Part shown: positions 36,603 to 48,791 of the stretch, piece after piece
How positions within the stretch are numbered: position 1 is the stretch's first letter
How the letters are laid out: each line of letters opens with the position of its first letter
Assembly: GCF_964204645.1 (NCBI RefSeq)
Contig: NC_134026.1
Location: forward strand, 14,418,150-14,482,149
Length of the DNA stretch: 64,000 bases
Source: Tubulanus polymorphus
Lineage: Eukaryota; Animalia; Nemertea
Direction: 5' to 3'
Notes under the pieces: model-generated
Databases searched by the model: none
Seen by the model: only the letters and a program-made list of their open reading frames with translations
Told to the model about the DNA's origin: nothing
Program-made: the position numbers and the translations under genes

Positions 36603-36974
36603 TTATATTAGAGAAAAAAGCGAAAAAAAATATAAGTATTATAAAATGATACCAGCATCTCTTTGGGTTAATACTAACTTAGTTAAAGGTAAAGAATTTT
36701 AGTATTAGTTATTGTTTTTTAGTATTTTTTATTTGGGATATAAAGTATTCTCTTTTGAAAAGAATTGTAAAAGAAAATATTAAAAATTAAGATAGAAATA
36801 ATGGCTAGTTGAAGGTATGTAATTTTTAATATATTTTATTTGAATTCTATTTGACATCTCACTACTTTTGTTTATCTATTAGGAGCAGTAATTATAACTG
36901 TCCAGATAAGTCATTTCGGATCCTTGATATCAAATTCCTCAACGTATTGTTCATTATTTGGATCAGTGTTTCAT

Positions 36975-37165
36975 TGATCATTAAATTTCTTTGCCTTTGT
37001 TAACTGTTCTAAATATAACTGTAAATCTAGTTTATTAGATTAGATTAGATTTTATTTTCTTTCTTTTCAAGAGGTCTTAAATTTTTCCAAATCCAAATAA
37101 GTTTTTTTTTGTATTCATCATTCCTTTACATTTATAAATCAAATTTTTATTAAAATTGATTACAT
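36975..37165 (-). pseudogene. Internally deleted duplicate of the HNH nuclease gene
   Basis: AATCAATTTTAATAAAAA..TAAATG promoter motif joined almost directly to the NDEY..WKNLRPLEKKEN..LDLQLYL C-terminus seen at 38853-39053. Confidence 0.6.
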
Positions 37166-37334
37166 TTTAGAATCCTCTTCCATTTCTTCGACTAACGTCA
37201 TCCTTTTTCATTCCTCGCTGCTTTTAATAAGTCATTTCGGATCCTCGATAATAAATCCTCAACTGAAAATCAATTCAACGAAACGACTGGTGGAAATATT
37301 ATTTCATAAACACATGTATTTATTATGTAAATTT

Positions 37335-37690
37335 TAGCGATCGATAATAGAACAATGGAGAACAATAGAAAAGCGGTCCAATCGGACCGGTTATTGCGCA
37401 ATACACAGTTATATTTTTATTCTGTAAACTACAACATTCAAACATAGAAATGTAACCAATCAATATTGAGCAGCTGTTTCCGTCAACAACGATCAATAAT
37501 AGAACAATGGAGAACAATAGAAAAGCGGTCCAATCGGACCGGTTATTGCGCAATACTTAGTTAACAGTAAACAATCAATACAGAACAACCGCCGCCATTA
37601 ACAACGATCAATAATAGAACAATGGAGAACAATAGAAAAGCGGTCCAATCGGACCGGTTATTGCGCAATACTTAGTTAACAGTAATCAAT
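37335..37690. promoter_or_regulatory. Three ~68-bp direct repeats, candidate enhancer or origin
   Basis: ATAATAGAACAATGGAGAACAATAGAAAAGCGGTCCAATCGGACCGGTTATTGCGCAATAC in units starting near 37337, 37488 and 37603; function is inferred. Confidence 0.5.
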
Positions 37691-37759
37691 ACAATATTAA
37701 AACAGATATATACAATCGAGATTACATTTTTTGATATCTAAGACCTTCAGTGTTATAAT

Positions 37760-38487
37760 TTATAATTTTGTCCAGAATTCTTTAATTACTGGATTGTTTC
37801 CAATCATTTCTTCAATTTCTGGTAAATATCTGACAACTTTACTGAACGCTAATCCTAATATTTTGAATTTTTCATATTTTATTAATCTACCTACTCTTCT
37901 CAGTTTTCTTTCAAAACCGGCACTGATATCTATGTTCTTTTTGACCCTCAGCCCCCAAGAAATCCCCAGTTTCTTTATCAAACATTGAAAACCCTATATT
38001 TAGATAACCCCCGAAAATGATGTGGTCCCATAGGTGATTTGCTTTTCTATTTAATATGGTTTTATAACTTTTTTTTAAAGATATCAGTAATTTCAGCAAA
38101 TGAAATAACTTCTACACTTTGTATTTCCGGAAAGTTTAAATGTTCTGTGTCAATGACTAATTTAGATTTTAAAAACTCGTTCAACTCTTCTCCACTCATT
38201 TTCTTAGTTTTCGATTCTTTGAATCCCAACAGCAATTTAAGTCGCGTTGCTGGTAATTTTGGTAATTGTAGTTCGCGCGGTAATTGTTTATTATGTATTA
38301 CATCACTCAGAATTTTCACCATTTCTTGATGATAGTCCAAATGTTCTTGTAATTTTTGTGAAGTTTGTTCGTCAATTACGAGAGTTTTATCCTCCATTTC
38401 TATTGATTCCTGAGTTTCACTATCTATCGTTTCTGGTTCCTCTTCCGATGGTTGACTTGGAATTTCTGGTTGATCTCTGTATTCCAT
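37760..38487 (-). pseudogene. Polinton accessory protein (MEYRDQPE...), acidic N-terminus
   Basis: ORFs 38062-38487, 37911-38099 and 37760-37981 join by frameshifts; homologue at 48067-48791. Confidence 0.7.
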
Positions 38488-38852
38488 TTTAATCTAAAAG
38501 ATGTTGTGAAAATGAATTACTGTACTTAAATTTGTTTAAGGTTTCCCTACTTCATAATAACTACAAAAAACGGTACTTACATTTAGATTTAGAACTGTAA
38601 ATTGTGTTTTGAGAGAGAATATCCAATACGTACTATGTATGTGAAAGTTGATTTCTAACTGCCGACGTGGCGCACGTTCGACCAAACTAATTATTTCTGC
38701 ATGTTTTCCTGGATTGTAACAGATGTTCTTTATGATGAAGTTAATTAATTCTTTAGAATTGAAAACAAGATATATTTGGCAACATATGTTTTAGTAGTAA
38801 GCAAAAGCTATGTATTATAGACATACAAAGCTCAAATAGAATTGCCAGCTTT

Positions 38853-39546
38853 CTAACCACTGATTAAAACCTCAGAATGCGGTTGATTCTGTGAAATACT
38901 ATTCCATAATTCAACAAATGTCTTTGCTTTATCCAGTTGATCTAAATATAACTGTAAATCTAGTTTATTAGATTTAATTATGTTTTCCTTCTTTTCTAAA
39001 GGCCTTAAATTTTTCCAACCCCAAATAAGTTTTTTATTGTATTCATCATTCATGTTAAATTTAGATATTGATATTTAGATACATGATCAATATGGTAATA
39101 ATCCCCATAATTATCTATATTCATTTTATCATCGAATTGAAATATAATCCATGATTTTAAGAATTCATCTGAACAACCCAATAAATTAGATAGTGTTTCT
39201 GAATGTGTTTCTTTGTTGAATAATTGTGTTAATCTAGATCTTAAGCATTGTTTCAATCTAAAATTAAGATCTGTTTGATATCTTTCTCTCATATATTCTG
39301 CCATATAATAATTATAATTTTATATATTTATTATCTTCTAACTATATTATCTTCTCGGTATTGTTTGGTATATAGTTTAAAACAAGTCTTACAGCAATAT
39401 TGAAAACCATCTTTGCTAATCTTACGCTTACTAAATTCTGTTAAAGCTAATTTATCTAATTCACACTTAGAACACTTCTTGTAGTATATATTTATGACGC
39501 CAGTGTTATTTGTAATATTGATAGTTTGTGGTTGTTCTGATTCCAT
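38853..39546 (-). pseudogene. HNH endonuclease with N-terminal CxxC..CxxC, of a type common in giant viruses and phages
   Basis: KKCSKC..CCKTC; LLGCSDEFLKSWI.FQF..M.IDNYG.YYHIDHV..WKNLRPLEKKEN..K.NK. Confidence 0.75.
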
Positions 39547-39894
39547 TTATTATACATATTTTTTTACTAAATTGATTTTAGAAGTTCAATGATTTAAATA
39601 TGAATTATTTCAATCACACTTTATTAAAACTTTTAATGTTTAAAAATCTAACTCATACAAATATGAATATTGAAATAATGTTTAAAATATATCTATATAT
39701 CTATTCTATAAGAGCTTACACTTTTATATTGAATAATCTGTCAATTTAAATGTTATTCATGTATATGAATATTCTAAGAGTAATAGGGGTAATAGGCTTT
39801 CATATCAAAGGTTGAAGGGGCGAGTGAGTAATAATAAAAAATAAATTCGAGTGTGCGAGAATTTATTTTTTATAAGCCTATTACCCCTATTACT
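39544..39894 (-). repeat. Right TIR of copy 1; hairpin at 39779-39894 with ~36 nt deleted from the outer arm
   Basis: Reverse complement of the left TIR. Confidence 0.95.
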
Positions 39895-41824
39895 GCCGTA
39901 CGTGAGTTCCCTAAAAATGCCGTACGTGAGTTCCTATAATCTGCAAACGCGCATGCGTGAAAGAATAGAGTTTGGGTTAGGTGAGGCTAGGCTATTTGTA
40001 AATCAAATTTCATCCACCCTGCAGTTACGTTCTGTGGCACCGTGGGTAAATCACTGGACTACAACTGGATTTTTTTTCGTTTGGTTTCGAATCCCAATAT
40101 TGCAAGTCTGAGCGTCAACATACTCACATGTACATACGGCTAACCTGTAGAAATCACCGTACAGTCACGTACAGGTAACAACAGCATTTTAAGTATTAAG
40201 TGAGTACGACAAGCCTACCATGCATATGTACTACAAACACAACTTTTTCCCTCTCGTCGGCCCTACAGTGATGTTACTATAACTGGTGCAATTATAACAT
40301 GGATGGGATTTGGTCAGGACTAGCCTAAAGTCTAATTCAGTCTTTGTACTTATTCACTCGATAGGCCTATTTTTAAAACAATACAGTGAAGTATTCACAC
40401 GCAGAAAGGCTAATTGATTTGAGGCATGTGATTAAATTTGGCCAGGCCTTCTCTGACCTGCTGACATTAATAGTCAAACCAAAACCTTCATGCGGTCACG
40501 GCTTGTATACCAGAAATCATTGTAGGCCTGCACATTTTGCTGTTCGTAGGTTTGGTATACCGATTTCTCCATACTTGACTGATAAGTGCTGCTGATAAGA
40601 ACGTATTATACAATTGTTCCAATGGGAATAGGGCCTATTTATTGGGCTTATTATTTCCTGCTTTAGAAAACTGAAATAAGCCCAACGTTCAATCAAATAT
40701 CCAACATCGGTGAAAGTTTGATTACTGTATACATGTACTGTAGGTTTTCATGTTGTATGAATATTTTGCAGTTCAAATGGGTATGATGCTGATTCCAATG
40801 TCAAACGCATGAAGTTAGATGGTCAAGGACAGTCAACACCAATATATCTCTCTTCGACCGATGTTGCACCATAGAAGATCTGATTCTTTCAACTCATGGA
40901 AAGTGATTCAACACGATCGACATAACACTGGAATAGGTTTGCAGTAACTAACGGTTCATTTCATTTAGTCCTATGTACTTTTTAGCCAATTTGGATTTGA
41001 TTGTAATTGAAACTCTGGAACTGTTAACAAAAGACAAGTTGAAAAAACAAAAGTTATGCTTGATTCTCATGTTCAAATTTAATTCAAACTCAAATTTATT
41101 TTATTACATCATTTACAAAGCGTATCATTGGTTCATACAGTAATAAAAATTAGGACGGAACAAATATTATTACAGAATTTCCAAAAAGGCAATGAATTTC
41201 TATAACTAAATGAACATTATTTTTCTAATAACTCGGATCAAGAGTGACTCTCCCGTTTATTAGGAAACACACGCAACTAGTGGAATAGGTTTGATTTACA
41301 CACATGTTGCAGGTATCAATTGTTTATCACTATAGAATTTGTAATCCATAAAAGCCAAAATCAACATCAGCCTGAAACCCAGACCAGATCAATTCATAAT
41401 TTATTGATTGAATCTACACTACAACATATGTATTTATTCAAATATTTCAATAAAAACATTAACTTCTTAAATCTATTCTAAATCATAGTACGTTCTTATC
41501 TGTAAATTCACTCAATCTGTCGACTCAGCAGGTGCTTAAGATGAGTTCTTAATAGTACAGATCCATTTTTAACCATGGTGATAATACAGTATCATGATGT
41601 TTGAATGCCAAAATAAATGCCTGGTCAAATAAATTAATATTTGTGATTTTACGTCCGCGTATGTTCGGTTTCAAAGCTGAATCATATTTGACGTTTACAC
41701 AGCATATTAGGTTCGAATCTATCAATGCATTTTATTCTATGTATCGATATTTCAATTTACTACAATTCCCATCTTTCTGAATGGCTTTGCAGAAAACCCG
41801 TCATCGCTGGTTGGCAGCTATATT

Positions 41825-43640
41825 TTTGTGATTAGAATTTGTGTCGTTTTTCCAGATTTCAGTGAATTTCCATTGTATGTGTTTGTTATGAGCAGTAGGT
41901 TTAGAGATATCTTTTAATTCTTTGAAATTGAAGTCTTTAGATAAAAAAGTCCTATCCCACCTCCATGTGAGTCTCTGCATTCTGAAATGAAATTATAATT
42001 CTTTAGGTGTACATGCGTTTCAGACTGAGAATTAAGTTTTGTTTCATGGATGGTAATTGCATTTAAGTGTACTTTATTGTTCGTTTGGATGATATTTAGT
42101 AGATTTTGAAATTCGTTGAGTTTCTCCAAGATACTGTTACAATTCCAGTTAAGGATATTAAAGTCAGAGGTAGAAAAATTGGATGAGATAAAGATTCCAG
42201 GTCATGGTACGGTGAGTTGTTATAAAAGAAATAGGATGATTAGGGTCGTGCGTGTCAACAAGAGAGGATAAGTCTAATGTTGAGTTGTTGCGTACGTGGT
42301 TGCTGAGAATTTGGAATTTAATTAAATTTAGCTTGTTAGTGTAATCGGTCATTTTATACCTTAAAGAATGGCACTGAAAATACACTCCGAGTTGAATAAC
42401 AAATTAAAGCACTTAAAACTGGCTCTCTCGACTCACTGAGTGAGGAGGTGTCACATAGACTGAGTAGATAGTTCATTGAAGGATGAATTACAGTTAGTGG
42501 GTAATTAGTGGAGTAGAATGACAGGTGAATGGAAGTGATTGAATAATAGTTTGTGGCTAGTCTAATTGAATAAGGATAATTAGTGTACGTAGTTTTAGGT
42601 ATTAAAGCATAGGAAAGAATGTTATTAGAGTGACGCATTAAAAGCGACAAAGAATAGGCATAGAGTATAAGAAAAGAGAATTTGAAAAGAAAAACTGGAA
42701 TAACAAACCGTTATTAACTATATAAGAGCCCAAATATATACTTTTAAGTCCATTTAAGAAGTCCAGATCACGGTAGTCCAAGTTAGAGGGTTAACGCAGT
42801 AGATTAAGTAGAAACGATTTTAAGTCTTTCAAGTCCACATTGCTATCAGATCGAATGTTCCTGGGTCTGCGAAGAGAAGATGGTGGATTCAACGCTGATT
42901 TCCAAGCCAACGCAACTTTATATATTGAGGCCTTTTTCACATGTTTATTGTCATGGAGATCATCCCGAGAAATTCGATGTTTGATGAAATGTAGGTTGTT
43001 AGTCTTCGAGTATTATTCCAGGCGTTGGTTGAGGTTGTCAAGTTCCTGATCGGTCTTGTATTTCCTGGGTAGAACTGATGCGATTTTAACTTTGGTGTCC
43101 GGCCACGTTTTTTTATGATTTCTTTACTTCTTGAACCACTTTCGCTTCGGATTTAGTGTCCCAGTCGTTTGTTCCACAGTTGAGCAAGACGGAATCCGGG
43201 AAACATGATTTTTCGCTATTTCGACTTGAAATAACATCTTTGATGTCGCCAAGTGTTGCACATGGATATATTATCGATTTTCTGTTTTTGCCTGCGAGAC
43301 CGGCTGGTGATACGAATTTACGGTTACTGTCAGCTATTACTATTCCGGTGACTTCTCGCGGTTCCATTCGGTCTGAAGTTGTAGGCTCAGACGATGATGA
43401 TGACGATGACTGTTCAGATCCTGTATCAAGAAACTCTACTCTATTTACAAGAGCATAAATGATATTTTCGAGTTCATCAATTCTTTTTGATAATTGCGCG
43501 TTAACTTCTTTTAAGTCTGCCATGGTTTACTGAGTTACGTAATGCGAGTTGAGTAGTGAGTTGAGAGCTGCGCGTGTGCACGTGTTAGTCGATCGAGTTC
43601 ATAGAGTGTATTGGCACCGTTTCCGAGCGTCCGCGGAGCA
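41825..43640 (-). mobile_element. LINE A 5' part: SGNH-esterase ORF1 and ORF2 APE N-terminus
   Basis: ORF1 43523-~42800 with coiled coil, IADSN, NCGTND and D..H; APE ILNWNCNS..IHETKL..GGGIGLF at 41914-42160. Confidence 0.8.
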
Positions 43641-44199
43641 GTTTTAGATAGAGTAAACTATCGCTCATAAATGAAAAAAACTATAATAAAGAAATACTAT
43701 TTAATTTTAGCCCGGGCTTTCCGTATTCCCATAAATCGATTGGGCGTTATGGCGCGTCCTCTAGTATTGAAAACCTAAAAAACGACCGGTGACCTCTCAC
43801 GACCTCCCCAGAGGCTTAAGTTACCTATTTAGGATTCACCTCCCAATATGGAACAAGGAACCATTACTTGTTCCTCATTCAACTTTCGTAACAGGTTCAG
43901 ATATCGTTAATGGTTAAACCTTTTTGTTTTTTCGCCTCTATTATCACTTAAACACCATAAATAGATTCGTTATGGTTTTAGCATCGGCGCGTCCTCTAGT
44001 ATCGATTACCTCCAAAAAACCGACGGGCAACCTCTCACGACCTCTCGGCTCCAGAGGCATGTTACCTGTTAAAATGTCTGGTTCGTTTCGTTATACTTAT
44101 TCGCTAGGTGGCGCGGGTGTGGGTCATTCTCCAATAATCTGGACAAAATGTATTTATCTATTGTAAAAAAAAAAACATGTCATTATTTCCAATTCAATT

Positions 44200-46690
44200 T
44201 TCAGTGATATGGATAGTGGGTTGTGTCGCGATTGACTTGACAGTGATTACAATGGGGGTTTATAATGGTAAAATTATGGCAGAATAGGTGATGTCTCAGG
44301 AAAAGGTCCACTCGCAACTGATTTAAACAGATTTCCTCTTGGCAGTTGAGATTTTTAATGAGCGTGGTGGGGAAAACAATATGTGTAGGCCTAGATCTAA
44401 TTCTGGATTTGAAGAGAGAAATACTTCGAATATTCCTATGGGAAGAATTTAGATTGTTCCATGAATACATTAGATTACAGACAGGTGAGTTCTGAAATTT
44501 ACTAGATACAAGAGCGGGGAGGGAGAAAGGTTTCGGGTTACGTGTTTGTCGTACATGTATAGATCTTTAAGTAAAAAATAGTATTTGTATATATGATGGT
44601 TTGTAAGACTTATCGACGTTGAACATGTAGGTGTGAATACGTTCTTTGCACGTGCAATACCTTTGTCGTGCTGGATCCTTGTATGCATCCAGGCACGAGT
44701 AGAGCAGCATGGTACTGTAGTTTGTCTAAATGTTTAAGACTAGAATGTGGCGCACTATTGTAAATAATATCACAGTAATCGAAATGAGGGGTAATAAAGC
44801 TACACTATAACTTGTTTAAGTGAAATGATTTAGTGGTTTTAGAAAGGCTTTTAAGAGGATTCATCAAATGTTGGATTTTTAATGCACGCTGATCAATATG
44901 GGCCGACCATTGGCCGCAATACTTGGCCGACCATTCTGATATTTTAATCAGATCCAATTGCAAAATGCTGTTTGAGTAGGATGGGTCATTTCGGTTTACT
45001 GGGATAAATATAGAAGTATCGTCGGCATATAGAAAAACCTTGTCAGAGAGGTCATTGATGTATTATAATAAAAAGTAGGGGCCCTAAAATTGCGCCTTGG
45101 GGTATTCCGCTATTGATAAAGTGTGGTGGAGATTTCTGGGAGTATGTACTACCTACTCGGATTTGCACCTGCCTATTTGATAAATAACTACTGAGGAGAC
45201 GGTGGACTTTGCCTCGAATACCATATGATTTAAGTTTATGAAGAAGTAAAGGATGTGGTATTGTATCGAATGCAGCTGCGATGTCTAAAAAACAGCTCGA
45301 GCATTGTTATTACGTTCAATGTGCCCGTGGATGAATGAGACAATGCTTAGCAATTGGTCAGTAGTAGAATGTCCGGGGAGAAATCCAGATTGATGGCTCG
45401 TCAGAAGCGGTCCAAGAATATGGTTAAAAAGGATATTTTCAAACAATTTGGAAACCGTGGTTAGAAGTGTGATAGGTCTGTAGTTATTTGGATCAGATTT
45501 TGATCCCTTTTTGTGTATAATTGAAATAGCTCCCAATTTCCACGGGTCTGGAAAGAGTCAGAGTCAATTATTTTGTTGAAAAATGTACAGATGACTAGAT
45601 AAATACTATTAGCAGAGAGCCTTAGCATTTGTTGGTGATTCCATCGAGGCCATTAGCATCTTTAGGTTGAAGGTCAGAAATGAGTTTAAGGATACCATCT
45701 GCAGTTGTATGACTAGGGTGAGAGAGGTTCCTCATTGCTTGTGTTGTCAAATAATGGAAGGTTTCGCGCGGATGGGTCCGTGTGGTACTGATCTGATAGA
45801 ATGTTTAGGAATAATGAAGCCTTATCCTTGTGTCTACTGCAGAGCACGTTGTTGTTAGGATTAATAAGACGTGGCATATCGGAAGAGAATTCAGCCCCTA
45901 GGAGTTGTTTAATCAGCTGCCAGTAGTTTTTGTCGGATGTCTTAGACTGGACAAGTTTCGTTAGTATGCTGCTTTTATGCTGTAATTTTTCAGAGGTGAT
46001 AAGATTGTTTACGATAGTTGTTTGGGTTTTATACTGCAACTAGCGGTGAGGACAAGATGATATTTTAAAGGCTCTGAATAATTTGTAACGTTTGTTTATT
46101 CCGGATTTAATTTCTTGGTTCACCCATGGTTCACCCACACATTAATTTAGATGGTATATGTTTTTCGTAAATTGATAAGAATCATATTGAATTGTTCAAC
46201 CTTCTCATTTACATAAGCGAGACCAAATACTCCGGCCCAGTTAGTATTCCGGAATTCCATGTTTAAGTTTTGGATATTTGCCTGGTCATATTTCCAGATG
46301 GTCTTATACACAGGACTAATCAGAGATCTACGCAAAAAAATTACGGAAATTAAAAGACTACTGTGGTCTGACCGACCAACGGGAGGTGTAACTTCAGCGG
46401 ATACTCGACCTTGCGGATCCATGAAAACTAGGTCAATGCACGAGGACGAATTTAAAGTAACCCGGGTTGGCTGGTTTATTAATTGATAAAGTGACCGATC
46501 ACACTTAATTTCGTATAATTCCCGGCCTGTCAGTTTCATCAGATTTACACCATGATTTACATTTTGCGTTGGAATCCCCTGTAACAATAATATTTACGTT
46601 TGGGTTGCCTCGAACGCGATTAATTGTGTTTTTCAAACGTGACATATATGCTTTCCGCGCATCAGGTTTCTGGGACGGCGATCGGATAAT
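44200..46690 (-). mobile_element. LINE B (CR1/L2 group) 3' part: APE C-half, RT and C-terminal Cys/His region
   Basis: RSPSQ, NQPTRVT..IDLVF, SDH, NYRPITLL, QSGFLPGHST, GIPQGAILGPLLF and YADDT; decayed. Confidence 0.88.
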
Positions 46691-47025
46691 AGTAATAGGG
46701 AATAAGTTGTTTCATACCAAAGGTCGAAGGGTCGAAAAATAAATTCTCGCACACTCGAATTTATTTTCCGACCCTTGAACCTTTGATATGAAACAACTTA
46801 TTCCCTATTACTCTTAAAAAATATTCATATATATGAATATGAATAACTTCTACAATCAATGTTAATAGAAATTTGATATTAAAATGAAAGCAAATAAGAA
46901 GTACTACTGTTCAACATGTAAAATCTATATAGATAAATCTCAAAAAGCAAGACATAATAAAACTAGAACACATTTAGAGAAAGGGGAACATGTTAATCAA
47001 TTTTAATAAAAAATTGGATATTAAA

Positions 47026-47640
47026 ATGGAGAGTAAACAGTCACAAACTATAAATATTCACAATAAGAAATGTTTAAAGTGTGAATTAAGTAAACAATCT
47101 TCAGAATATTATAAACATAAGTTTTATAGAGATGGTTTACGAAATATTTGTAAAACATGAAGTAAACTAAATGACAAACAAAATTATAGAAATAATACTG
47201 AAACACGCAAAGATAAGATTGAGCAATATCGAGAAAATAAAAGAGAATATTATAAAGAACTGAATAAAAATTATCAAAAAGATAGGTATAAAACAGGTTT
47301 TAATTTTAAAATGAGAAAATGTCTAGGTTCTAGATTAACACAATTATTCAACAAAGAAACGCATTCAGAAACACTATCTAATTTGTTGGGTTGTACAGAT
47401 GAATTTCTAAAATCCTGGATAATATATCAATTCGACGATAAAATGAATATAGATAATTACGAAGATTATTTTCATATTGTTCACGTTTTACAAATATCGA
47501 AATTCAACATGAATGATGAATACAATCAAAACCTGAGACCTCTTGAAAAGACGGAAAATATAATTAAATCTAACAAACTAGATTTTCAGATTTGGTGCAA
47601 TTAGATAAAGCAAAGACATTTTTGAATTATGGAATAGTCT
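47026..47640 (+). pseudogene. HNH endonuclease homologue, copy 2
   Basis: LLGCTDEFLKSWI..NLRPLEKTEN; contains stops. Confidence 0.7.
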
Positions 47641-48066
47641 TCCACAGAACGAAATATACGGTGAATCTTTATAAACGCCCGATAATACTCAGCTATATAG
47701 CTGGTGATATTAGCTCTAGTTAGGTAAACATCTGTTACGAGCTTACATTTCAATTGTAAAGAATTAATTCATCTCATTAAGTCTATAGAAGAACAGCTGT
47801 CACAGCGCCAGACAGTGCCTGGATATATTGAGACATAGTGAATCACCCACCTCTGGCGCATTACATCATCCTCGATCGCATATACAGGACGCATAGGATA
47901 TTCTCTCTCGAAACACAGTTTACAGTTCTATATCTAAATGCAAGTACCGTTTTTTGTAGTTATTATGAAGTAGGGAAATGGGTACTTTAAACATATTTAA
48001 GTACAGTAATTCATTTTCAAAACAACCGCTTCATAAGTTAATTCTATAGATATCTTTTAGATTAAA

Positions 48067-48791
48067 ATGGAATACAGAGATCAACCAGAATTTCCAAGTC
48101 AACCATCGGAAGGGGAACCAGAAACGATGGATAGTGAAACCCAGGAATCAACACAAATGGAGGATGAAACTCTCGTAATTGATGAACAAACTTTACAAAA
48201 ATTACAAGAACATTTGGACTATCATCAAGAAATGGTGACAATTCTGAGCGGTGTTATACATAATAAACAATTACCGCGCATACCATTATTGCCACAATTA
48301 CCAGCAACACACCTTAAATTGCTGTTGGGACTCAAGGAATGGAAAACTAAGAAAATGAGTGGAGATGAGTTGAATGAGTTTTTAAAATCTAAATTAATCA
48401 TTGAAACAGAACATTTAAACTTTCCAGAAATACAAAGTGTAGAAGTTATTTCATTTGCCAAAATTACTGATATCTTAAAAACAAGTTATAAACCATATTA
48501 ATAGAAAAGCAAAACACCGATGGGACCACATCATTTTCGGAGGTTATTTAAATATAGGGTTTGCAATGTTTGATAAAGAAACTGAGGGGATTTCTTGGAG
48601 GGCTTTGGTTAAAAAAACATAGATATCAGTGCCGGCTTTGAACGAAAACTGAGAAGAGTAGGTAGATTAATAAAATACGAAAAATTCCAATCATTAGGTT
48701 TGGCATTTAGTGAAGTAGTCAAATATTTGCCAGAAATGGAAGAAATGATTGAAAACGATTCAGTAATTAAAGAATTCTGGTGGAAATTATA
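48067..48791 (+). pseudogene. MEYRDQPE accessory protein, copy 2
   Basis: Homologous to 37760-38487. Confidence 0.7.

Larger units (their letters stand above)
21337..39894 (+). mobile_element. Polinton/Maverick (adintovirus-like) copy 1, near full length, decayed
   Basis: Termini AGTAAT...ATTACT; 6-bp TSD GCCGTA (21331-21336 and 39895-39900); ~350-390-bp TIRs; PolB, penton, MCP, ATPase and integrase genes; inserted in a 24-bp tandem repeat. Confidence 0.97.
20448..41824 (+). mobile_element. Helentron-type non-autonomous element (~2.8 kb without the nested Polinton) splitting LINE A
   Basis: 5' end TTAGGGTTTTCTG..CAGAAAACCCT near 20450; 3' end CAGAAAACCCGTCATCGCTGGTTGGCAGCTATATT at 41790-41824; removing it approximately rejoins LINE A as ...TNSNHK-IGIVYKPP. 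Confidence 0.7.

Noticed and set aside
39779-39894. Flip/flop isomers of the terminal hairpin
   Set aside because: All readable ends have the same arm outermost, so there is no evidence of inversion in this window.
41520-41720. Possible Ulp1-like protease fragment inside the Helentron
   Set aside because: Only a vague NLFD..FIL resemblance, with stops and no catalytic motif.
20430-46690. Both LINEs are interrupted at the equivalent GIxY motif of the endonuclease
   Set aside because: The inserting elements and nucleotide targets differ; with two cases, coincidence is sufficient.
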